A stretch of 64,000 bases of DNA from Planctomycetota bacterium. GTDB lineage: Bacteria; Planctomycetota; JAJSAM01; JAJVHW01. Positions 55,705 through 64,000 of this stretch are shown here, piece by piece. The stretch covers positions 1,856,001-1,920,000 of the forward strand of contig CBDFJG010000004.1 of assembly GCA_965248445.1 (NCBI GenBank). The letters run 5' to 3'. Every line of letters starts with the position of its first letter. Within the stretch, counting starts at the first letter, position 1. A program made the position numbers and the translations under genes. The notes under the pieces were generated by a model, which was given only the letters and a program-made list of their open reading frames with translations, was not told where the DNA came from and did not search any database.

Positions 55705-57111
55705 GTGGCTACGCCCCCGAATCGGGACCGTCGGCTCTCCGCATACCTCGTGCTTGCGGCGATCGTCGCGGGCGTCTGGGGGGCACTTGTCGGCTCCTGT
55801 CAGCCCGAACCGATCCCGGCCGCAGCCACGCGAGTGCCAGCGGAGGGTTTACGCTCGACTCGAGAGCGAGTCCGTCTCCCAGATCGAGGCGCGGCTACGC
55901 GGAGCCCCCCACCCGTCAGCGCGGCGCCCTCGACTGTCGTAGGTCTAGCTCGCTGGCTCCACGACGGGACGTCGGTCGAAAACCAGCAAATGTCCGTCGA
56001 TATCGACGGACATCGACTCCTGGTGCAGACCGATGCCCTCGGCCGGTTCCACTTGGCGACCGCTCTGCCCACCCGAACCGGAACTGGTCCCGAACGCGAT
56101 GTGATGCGAGTCGCTCGTGCGACGCGCGGGCCGGACGGTGACATCAGTGTCTGGGTCGCTCACCAAGTCGATCTGCGCGTCACGCTGGAGATAGACGATC
56201 GTCCCGGCGGACCGCTTCCTGACGCATTGCGGGTACTTGTGAGGCGCAATCCGGGGATGGTCTCCCACATCAACGAGTCCCCGGCACCGGAAGTGGTCTC
56301 CAACACCGCGCTCGAGTCGATGGGAATCCGCGTGCGGCGCTCGGTAGAGTTCGAGCCAGGGCAGCGCGTGGCGTCGCTCCGGGTCCCCTTCCTACAGGGG
56401 TCCGTCGTGACAGCGTCCGCCCCAGGTTACCGGCCTGCTCTGGAGCGGATCGCTCCCGATCCCGACATGCGGTCCGCGCAGGCGCACCTCCTGCTGCAAC
56501 GGGTACGGAAGATGCGCGGCACAGTGCGAGACGAGGACGGTGTGCAGTTGGAGGGGGTGCCTGTCATCGCCTGGTTGTGGAAGCGCATTCCGCGTGATCA
56601 AGTCCCAATGGATGAACTCCGAGGGATGCAGGAACGCGGAGCAGTGATGGTTGGGACACGCGGGGACTACGCAATCACCCGGGTCGCCGTGCACTCGATC
56701 ACTGATGCCGGGGGGGAGTGGGAGGTGGACCTCGTGTACGACGGAACCATCGTGGTGATCGCCCACGGGAAAGCCCGTCCTCCGAGGCGTCGAACCGTCG
56801 GGTGGGGGGAGGTTGACGCCGTCCACCTCACGCTAGAACCCCGGACAGACGCCGAGGTCCAGCTCAGGCTGGATGGCGAGCCGCTCGCCGATGCGAAGGT
56901 CAGCGTGACTGACATCACCGACGACGTTCAGACGTCGGCGCCGTACCTCTACTCCGACAAGGAAGGGATGATGAGCGCAGCTGTGTTCCACAACCGCAGG
57001 ACGTACCACCTGTGGGTCCGGAGGGACAGAGAGTCCTGGCGAACCAAGATCGTGTGGGGTGGGGCGGCCACGATCGAGCTGGCTAGCGGTACCTGTTCAG
57101 GTCATGAGTGA
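55705..57111 (+). CDS. membrane-anchored carboxypeptidase-regulatory-like protein; last codons supplied by an IS66 end
   Basis: TM helix, RGTVRDEDG..LEGVPV, TDAGGEW; IS TIR begins at 57089. Confidence 0.65.
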   Translation: MATPPNRDRRLSAYLVLAAIVAGVWGALVGSCQPEPIPAAATRVPAEGLRSTRERVRLPDRGAATRSPPPVSAAPSTVVGLARWLHDGTSVENQQMSVDIDGHRLLVQTDALGRFHLATALPTRTGTGPERDVMRVARATRGPDGDISVWVAHQVDLRVTLEIDDRPGGPLPDALRVLVRRNPGMVSHINESPAPEVVSNTALESMGIRVRRSVEFEPGQRVASLRVPFLQGSVVTASAPGYRPALERIAPDPDMRSAQAHLLLQRVRKMRGTVRDEDGVQLEGVPVIAWLWKRIPRDQVPMDELRGMQERGAVMVGTRGDYAITRVAVHSITDAGGEWEVDLVYDGTIVVIAHGKARPPRRRTVGWGEVDAVHLTLEPRTDAEVQLRLDGEPLADAKVSVTDITDDVQTSAPYLYSDKEGMMSAAVFHNRRTYHLWVRRDRESWRTKIVWGGAATIELASGTCSGHE

Positions 57112-57981
57112 GCAGCCCCGTGCTCAGCGACTGATCGGCAGCGCGACGAGAGTCGGCGGCGGTTGCCCGAGCCCGGCGGCGCTGGTGGCGGCGACGAGGT
57201 AGTCGAAGACGTTGTCGCCGCGCTGCCGGCAGGTGGCGGTGACGGTCAAGATGCGCTCGACGAAGCGCAGTCCTCGCTCGCTCTGGCTGCCGTGGGTGCC
57301 GCGGCGCCACAGCACTGGTTTGCGCACGGCGCGCTCGGCGATGTTGTTGGTCGGGGAGACACCCGGCACGTCGGCGAAGGACCAAAGTGCCTCGGCTCTT
57401 GCGAGCAGATGACGACTGATCCCGCGGACTCGACGCTGCTTGCTGTCCGCCCCGCGTACGAGCAAGTCGATCAGTCGCGACCACGTCGGGCGCAGCTCTC
57501 GCTGCATCCTTGCGCGGTCCCCGTGCTCACCCAAGCGGCGATGCGCTCGCATGACGGCCTGGGCGAGCGAGACCGCGCTCTTGCCGAAGCGACGCTCGCC
57601 AGATCGTCCCTCCGCAAGCGAGCGAAAGTCGCGCTCGAGGTGCGCCCAGCAGATCTGGCGACGCTCGGTCGGGTGCCGGTCGTAGGCGCCCATGCGGTCG
57701 GTGACCAGGACGCCGCGGTAACGGCGACCGATGAGTCGTCGCATGGCCTTGGCGCTGCGACGACGATCGATCCGGTGGACCACTGCGTGCTCGCTGACCG
57801 CGCTCCACAGCCAGTGCAGGACGCCGCGACGAGGCCACGGTGTTTCGTCCACGTGAGCGACCCGGCTCGTGCGCACGGCACCCAGTGCCTCGAGGTGCGC
57901 GGAGGACAGCGCACCCGACACCCGCTCCTCGATGGCGCTCACGGTGCCGGGCGACATCGACACGCCGATCACGTCGCGCAG
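57089..57981 (-). mobile_element. IS66-family element type C (relative of type A), 3' portion only
   Basis: TIR GTACCTGTTCAG at 57089; transposase C-terminal part 57124-57981 similar to but distinct from type A; cut by type B. Confidence 0.88.
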
Positions 57982-59481
57982 GTAACCGTTCACCCCTTCG
58001 TCGCGAGCCAGGATCCAGATCGTTCGGCCATCGGTCGATCAAGATGTTGTGGGCGAGCGGCAGGACGAGGATCTGCGGGCGATGGTCGAGGGCCTTCTGG
58101 CCTGGATCGAGGAGCTGGAGCGTCGCGAAGCGAAGCATCTGCGCCGCATCGACGAGCTCGAGTCGCGTCTGAAGCGTGACTCCCGCAACAGCTCGAGGCC
58201 TCCGTCGTCGGACCCGGCGTGGCCCAAGCGCCGTCGCGGCCGAAGGCCGCGTAGCGGTCGCAAGCAGGGCGGACAGCCGGGCCATGAGGGCACGGCGCGC
58301 GAGCTGGTGGATCCGTCCAACGTCGATGAGACCAAGGACCACCGTCCCGACCTCTGCGACGCGTGCGGACACGACGATCTCGAGCAGGGCATCGGCGATC
58401 CGTACCGGCACCAGGTGACGGTGCTCCCGCGCGTGCTCGTCACGGTGCGGGAGCACCGGCTGCACAAGGCGCGGTGCCGGCGCTGTCGTGCGGTCACGAC
58501 GGCGGTCCTGCCCGATGGCGTGCCGACCGGGGCCTTCGGTCCGCGGCTGACCACACTTGCCGGCGCGCTGCGCGGCGTGTACCGCGTGAGCGTGCGGGAG
58601 ACGCAGCGGCTGCTCGGTGAGATTTTCGGTGTGAAGATGTCGCTGGGCAAGATCAGCGACTGTGAGCGTCGGCTCAGTGACGCTCTGCACTCGTCGTACC
58701 TCGAAGCCCTCGGGGCAGTCCGCACGTCGCTGCGAGCCAACGTGGACGAGACGTCGTGGAAGGAACGGGGCCGGGTGTGCTGGCTGTGGGCGGCGGAGAG
58801 CGAGCACGCCACAGCCTTCGGGATCGATCGCCGCCGCAGTGCCAAGGCGAAAGGGCGGCTGATCGGGCGGCGCTTCGGTGGCACGGTGATCAGCGACCGG
58901 ATGGGTGCCTACGAGTCACACCCACTTGCCCGCCGCCAGCTCTGCTGGGCGCACATCGAGCGCGCCTTCCGTGCGCTGGCCGAAGGCCCGCGAGGACATC
59001 GCCGCTTCGGCAACAAGGGCGTCATGATCGCGCAGTCGGTCATGCGCAGCTACCGGCTCTTCGGTGAGCACGGCGACCGTGACCGGCTGCAAGGCGAAGC
59101 CGCTGTGCTGCGCGGACGGCTCGAGCGACTGATCGCGAACGACGACTCGGCTCTGGCCAACCATCTGCGCCCCCGCGTGGTCGCCCTCTTCACCTATGCG
59201 CGGACCCAGGACGTGAGTCCGACCAACAACGCCGCCGAGCGCGCGGTCCGCAAAGCGGTGCTCTGGCGCAAGGGCTCCTTCGGAAGCCAGTCCGCTCGCG
59301 GACTCCGCTTCGCCGAGCGCGTGTTGACCGCCGCGGCCACGCTGCGACGCCGTGGCGACCAAGTCTTCGACTTCCTCGCCGACTCGGTCGCCGCGCACCT
59401 CACCGGCGCCGACCCGCCCGTCATGGTCCCGCTGCCCCTCGCACGCTGAGGCTCACACGCTGTCAAGGGGTGAACGAGTAC
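57982..59481 (+). mobile_element. IS66-family element type B copy 2; transposase 58049-59449
   Basis: left TIR GTAACCGTTCACCCC; right end GGGGTGAACGAGTAC has 2 mismatches; a few SNPs vs copy 1; no TSD. Confidence 0.9.
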
Positions 59482-59766
59482 GCGCGGTGGGAGAGTCGCA
59501 GACCGGGCGGCCCTCGCGAACTGACCACGACGAACTCAATCGAGGGCTTTTTCGGGATCTTCCGCAGGTCGGTCTACGGGACGTGGCACTCGGTCTCGCC
59601 CTGCCACCTGCCCACGTACCTGGGCGCCGCGACCTTCCGTTACAACCACCGCCGAGACGACGACGGAGAACAGGTCAGGCAGGCGGTTCTTTCGGCTTAC
59701 GGGAAGCACCTTCCGAGCCCTCAGTCTCAGGCTCGTCGTCGTCGGTTGGCGGCGGCGGGGTCTTGA
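59476..59766 (+). pseudogene. IS1595-family transposase C-terminal remnant
   Basis: EYAR...TTNSIEGFFGIFRRSVYGTWHSVS..HL..YL...FRYNHR matches the IS1595 C-terminal catalytic motif. Confidence 0.8.
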
Positions 59767-59842
59767 GTCCCTTCCGCAGGGCTTCCTTCCAATCGCCGTG
59801 GATCTTGAGCGGACGATCCTCATCTGGCTCGTCGTCGCTCAT
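59675..59842 (-). CDS. 55-aa ORF overlapping the IS1595 transposase 3' end in antisense (absent from ORF track)
   Basis: GGAG SD; MSDDEPDEDRPLKIHGDWKEALRKGLKTPPPP... Confidence 0.55.
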   Translation of the reverse strand: MSDDEPDEDRPLKIHGDWKEALRKGLKTPPPPTDDDEPETEGSEGASRKPKEPPA

Positions 59843-59915
59843 GTCCGCTCTCCATCAAGAAGTGGAGCCCCCGCAGCGTTGATGTTCCCCGCGAGGGCTC
59901 CTGCCCGTCACCCGT

Positions 59916-59987
59916 GGGGCCGAGACCCTTGGTAGGCGCCAGACACTTGGAAAGTCAGGTTCGCGGGTTCGATTCCCGTCGGCTCCA
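59916..59987 (+). tRNA. atypical/pseudo tRNA: Ala-type acceptor (G3:U70, A73), loop CU-UGG-AA, no encoded CCA
   Basis: GGGGCCG/CGGCTCC-A acceptor; T-arm GCGGG-TTCGATT-CCCGT; TTGGTA D-loop; tRNA-like spacing (72 nt); weak D and anticodon stems. Confidence 0.55.
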
Positions 59988-60161
59988 CACAGGCTCCACG
60001 CGCGGGGCACGGTTGTCAACCACGCCCCGCGCCTGACGCCCTTCTTCCTGCCAGTCCGTCAGACTGGCACTCGGGGGTTTCAACAGGTTGACACTCTGCC
60101 GACAGCGCGTCCATGGCGTCGCTGAGCAGTGCGCGCAACGCGACGATCTCGTCTCGGAGCG

Positions 60162-60812
60162 TCACGGCGCGGCCCTTCGGGCAGCACGGCCGAGCATCCT
60201 CTCGGTGCTGATGAAGCCGCTCGGGTCCTCGGTCTTGATGCGGCGACGCTGGTTTACCCAGTCGATCGAGCGGCTCCCCGATGACTCGGCAGCGCGATCT
60301 CGGTGCACGGCCGATGCCAGGTCCTTCAGCCGGCCGTCCTTCAAGCGGGACCGGGAGCCGGCCCAGGCAAGAGCGAAGCGACGGGCCTCCCCCTCGTTAG
60401 GGGGAGGGGGGGGTTCTGTCCCTGTCCCTGTCCCTGTCAGAGCTACTTCCGAACGATTTTCGTCACGCGCGCTTCCGTGACGTTTCTTGTCCCGCGCCTT
60501 CTTCGCTCGAGCCGGAGATCCCGGATCCTTCTGCCACCTATCCCATTTCTGGATCACGTAGTTAGGGCCAACCTGTTCCACCCAACCAAGGGCAGTCAGG
60601 GCGCGAAAGAACACACCCTGTCTACGCTTGGAGAGCCCCGCAAACGCCTCCAGTAGGGGGGCGATGACTGTCCCGTTCACGGTCCCGTTCCAGCCCTCTC
60701 GTTTCGAAATCGTCAGCAGAACTACCCAGGAATAGCGGTGTTCTACGGGGAGGGTCAGGGTCTCCAGGTCCATCGGAAACCCGGTGCTGAGGGCTATCCA
60801 CTGGCGTGTCAC
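60162..60812 (-). CDS. phage-type replication initiator (replisome organizer-like)
   Basis: WIALSTGF, IQKWDRWQ, basic RAKKARDKKR, TGTGTGT-PPPPP linker; GTGA overlap with the upstream ORF. Confidence 0.55.
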   Translation of the reverse strand: MTRQWIALSTGFPMDLETLTLPVEHRYSWVVLLTISKREGWNGTVNGTVIAPLLEAFAGLSKRRQGVFFRALTALGWVEQVGPNYVIQKWDRWQKDPGSPARAKKARDKKRHGSARDENRSEVALTGTGTGTEPPPPPNEGEARRFALAWAGSRSRLKDGRLKDLASAVHRDRAAESSGSRSIDWVNQRRRIKTEDPSGFISTERMLGRAARRAAP

Positions 60813-61272
60813 CCGGCGCGCTCCCTCGCGCGCTCCTGGTGGTGCCGACGCAGCCACACGAGGAAGGACTCGTAGTCGCGATCGGACAGGCGAGCGACCC
60901 GCCCCTGGACCGACTTGAGCCGCTGGGCGCGCACATGCTCTATCGCTCCGCCCCACGACTCGATCTCGTAGAGGCGGGGGAAGGCGATCTCCAACGGCCT
61001 GCGGTGAGCGCATGGAACCGCGCCAGAGGGCGGGTGGTTCTGCGTGTTCTCGCACGGCGCTAGCGCGTCGATGAGTGCGGCTTCAAGGTAGCGCACGCAG
61101 CGGTGGCGGGTCTCGGTGTAGACGTCCACCCAGAGCATCGCGCCTGCCGCTTCTGCCGCGAGCAATAGCGTCTTGCCCTCCCACCCCTTCCCGATGTGCG
61201 CCGAGATCCGCCACCATTGCCGACGGGTCATGCCGACATAGCTACAGACGACCCCGCGCTCATCGGGCCACC
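60809..61272 (-). pseudogene. GIY-YIG-like nuclease, 5'-truncated by IS3
   Basis: YVGMT...R..H...LEAALIDALAPCEN pattern. Confidence 0.55.
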
Positions 61273-62913
61273 CGGGACGTGTCAACGACTTTGAGACACC
61301 GCGTCTTCGAGTTTAGTGAGCAGCCTCCTGTGTCGCAGTCTCCAGCGCCGCGAGTTCCCGGGCCGGCGGGTTGATCCACGTCTCGGTCGGCAGAGCCGGC
61401 GGCGTCGGCGCACGGCGCACGAAGCGCTCGGGATGCGCCGCGTACGCGGCATCGAGCACGACCGAGCGCGCGGCGACGGCCGCTTCGGCGCGGCCGTAGT
61501 GCACGGTCTCGGGCGTCAGCAGCCCGAGACTCGAGTGACGATGCTCGCGGTTGTACCAGTGGAAAAAGGCGCGGCAGTGCGCCCGCGCGTCCTCGATGCA
61601 GCCGAAGCGCGCTGGGAAGTCCGGCCGGTACTTCAGCGTGCGGAATTGGCTCTCGGAAAACGGATTGTCATTCGACGTGTACGGCCGGCTGTGCGACTTC
61701 GTCACGCCGAGATCGGCGAGCAGAAAGGCCACCGGCTTGCTGATCATCGGCGGCCCCCGATCGGAGTGGATCGTGAGCTGCTCCGCCGCGATCCCCTGCT
61801 TCTCGCAGGACTGCTCGATGAGTGCCGTCGCCAGCGCACCGCTCTCGCAGTCCGCCAGCATCCAGCCCACGACGTTGCGGGAGTAGATGTCGAGCACGAC
61901 GTAGAGATAGAAGTAGCTCCACTTCACCGGGCCGCGGAGCTTGGTGATGTCCCAGCTCCAGACCTGGTTCGGGGAGGTCGCGAGGAGCTCGGGCTTCTTG
62001 TACGCGGGATGACGCAGCTGGTTGCGGCGCTCACGCACAGCACCAGCCGCACCGAGGATGCGGTACATCGTGCGCACCGAGCACAGGTAGCGTCCCTCGT
62101 CGAGCAGGATCGCCCACGCCGCAAGCGGTGACAGATCGCAGAAGCGCTCCTCGCTCAGCACCGCGAGTACGGTAAGACGCTCGTCGATCGTGAGGGCGCG
62201 CGGCGAGCGCCGGCGCGGCTGCTGGGGCCGGGGGCACGTGCGTGCCGTTCGGCGCCGATAGAGCGTGGCGCGCGTGACTCCGAGCGCGCGGCACGCGGGG
62301 GCGACGCCCACGCGTCCCCCCAGCTCCTCCGCCGCAATCACGTGTCGCTCCCGCTCGTCTCGGGCATCTCGATGCCCAGCAGCCGTGAGACTTTTCGCTG
62401 CACGTCGATGATCACCTCGGCCGTCTCGAGCCGCTTCTCGAGACGGGCGACTTCGCGCTCGAGCTGCTCGTTGCGCTTCTTGAGCGCACGGTCCGGATCG
62501 GGCTTGGGACCACGCCGCTTGGGCGAGAGCGCCTCGAGCTGGCCCTGGTCCCGCGCGCGCCGCCACGTCAACAAGTGCGAGGAGTACAGCCCCTCACGGC
62601 GCAAGAGAGCGCCGATCTCGCCGGGCTTCGTGCACGCGTCCGCCGCCTCGATGATCCGTAGCTTGTACGCGGCGCCAAAGCGCCGCCGCGAGGCGCGCGG
62701 CACGACCTCGGGGTCGCGCACCCCAACGTCCCCCGGGCCGCGCGCCCCGGGGGAGCCCCCTCCGCCTCGATCGCGCTCGCTATGCTCGCCCTCCCTCGGC
62801 TCCGGGATCTCCCCCGGCGCTGTGTTGTGGTTGTTCGTCATCGCTGGTTCCTCCACCGCCCTGCACAGTAATCATCCGTGGGGTCGGTGTCTCAGCCACG
62901 TTGGCACAGAGGG
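61273..62913 (-). mobile_element. IS3-like element copy 3 (orfA 62338-62841, orfB 61313-62341)
   Basis: same ORFs and ends as copies 1 and 2; no TSD. Confidence 0.92.
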
Positions 62914-62976
62914 GTGGCCGGCTTCATGTTCATGGGCGAGTCCGACCGGGGAGTCTATCGGCTGACCGGCCTCGGG

Positions 62977-63963
62977 CTAGGTGAGCAGATCTGCGACCGC
63001 GTCGCGCTCTTCGCGGAGTTCGCCGACCGTCGCGTCGATCTTCTCGCGGGAGAACGAGTCGACCTCGAGGCCCTGCACGATCTCCCAGCCGCCGTTGCCG
63101 TCGGCGCGGACCGGAAAGCTGCAGATAATGCCCTCGTCGATGCCGTAACTGCCGTCGGACGGCACGCCCGCGCTGAACCAGTCGCCCCCGTCGGTGGGGG
63201 TGGTCATGGCGACGACGTGATCGATCGCGGCGCTGGCGGCGCTGGCGGCCGACGACGACCCGCGCGCCGCGATGATCGACGCGCCGCGCTTCTGCACGGT
63301 CGTGATGAAGTCACCGCGCAGCCAGTCGTGGTCGTCGATGACGTCCATCAACGGTTTGCCGCCGATCTTGGCGTGCACGAAGTCCGGGAACTGCGTCGCG
63401 CTGTGGTTGCCCCAGATAGCAACGTTCGTGACGTCGGTGACCGGCACGCCGGCCTTCGCGGAGAGCTGTGCCTTCGAGCGGTTCTCGTCCAGGCGCGTCA
63501 TCGCGGCGAACCGGTCGTCGGGGATGTCCGGCGCGCTGTTCATCGCGATCAGGCAGTTCGTGTTGCACGGGTTGCCGACCACGAGGACACGCACGTCGCT
63601 CGCCGCGTTCTCGTTCAGCGCCCGGCCGGTGCCGGTGAAGATCGGGCCGTTGGTGCGGATGAGGTCCTTGCGGAGCATGCCCTTGCCGCGCGGCTTCGAG
63701 CCCACCAGGAGCGCCCAGTTGCAGCCGTCAAATCCGACGTTCGCGTCGTCGGTCGCGTCGACCTCGGCGAGCAGCGGGAAGGCGCAGTCGTTCAGTTCCA
63801 TGATCACGCCCTCGGCCGCCGACATGGCCGGCGGGATCTCGAGGATGCGGATCGCGACGGGCTGCTCGGGGCCGAACAGCGCACCTGACGCGATGCGGAA
63901 CAACAGCGCGTAGCCGATCTGGCCGGCGCCCCCCGTGACGGTGACGCGAATGGGACTCTTCAT
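62977..63963 (-). CDS. mdh: malate dehydrogenase (MDH type 2)
   Basis: [47 protein letters not shown]. Confidence 0.95.
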   Translation of the reverse strand: MKSPIRVTVTGGAGQIGYALLFRIASGALFGPEQPVAIRILEIPPAMSAAEGVIMELNDCAFPLLAEVDATDDANVGFDGCNWALLVGSKPRGKGMLRKDLIRTNGPIFTGTGRALNENAASDVRVLVVGNPCNTNCLIAMNSAPDIPDDRFAAMTRLDENRSKAQLSAKAGVPVTDVTNVAIWGNHSATQFPDFVHAKIGGKPLMDVIDDHDWLRGDFITTVQKRGASIIAARGSSSAASAASAAIDHVVAMTTPTDGGDWFSAGVPSDGSYGIDEGIICSFPVRADGNGGWEIVQGLEVDSFSREKIDATVGELREERDAVADLLT

Positions 63964-64000
63964 GCCTTCCTCCAGCGGATCGCGGTCGAGCCCGGGAGGG

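Noticed and set aside
59916..59990. Full tmRNA (ssrA) gene
   Set aside because: The ends resemble tmRNA but only ~40 nt separate them; no tag ORF or pseudoknots
60418..60438. (GTCCCT)n repeat as an iteron array
   Set aside because: Explained by the coding Thr-Gly linker; too short to call an origin
62948..62970. GVYRLT as the missing GIY motif of the GIY-YIG remnant
   Set aside because: On the opposite strand and in the mdh shadow frame; probably chance

Overview
GC-rich bacterial DNA. A Planctomycetota-like origin is inferred from the DUF1800/DUF1501 pair, a HEAT-VWA gene and a small conserved coiled-coil ORF; this is not demonstrated. Housekeeping genes (nadB, hflX, cysD, cysN, a DHS-family gene, mdh) are interspersed with many secreted-protein genes. 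About 14.5 kb (about 22%) is insertion-sequence DNA: 3 full and 1 partial IS3-like copies, 4 full and 1 partial single-ORF IS66 copies, 1 IS1380 and 1 IS1595 remnant. Several genes are broken by these elements. Highlights: (1) an intact array of four paralogous Ser/Thr kinase-STAND NTPase-TPR genes (NLR-like, conserved core, divergent TPRs); (2) a 72-nt tRNA-like gene with an alanine-type acceptor stem (G3:U70) but a UGG (Pro) anticodon loop, in a hairpin-rich tail behind an IS1595 remnant; (3) an ArsC/thioredoxin-fold selenoprotein (UxxC, in-frame TGA) missed by the ORF track; (4) a CysD with two CxxC motifs where APS reductases carry Fe-S ligands; (5) TAnnnT boxes 5-8 nt before many start codons, suggesting leaderless mRNAs; (6) a possible short 6S-like RNA. 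No CRISPR array, rRNA or reverse transcriptase was seen. All calls come from reading the sequence by eye; no database search was run.
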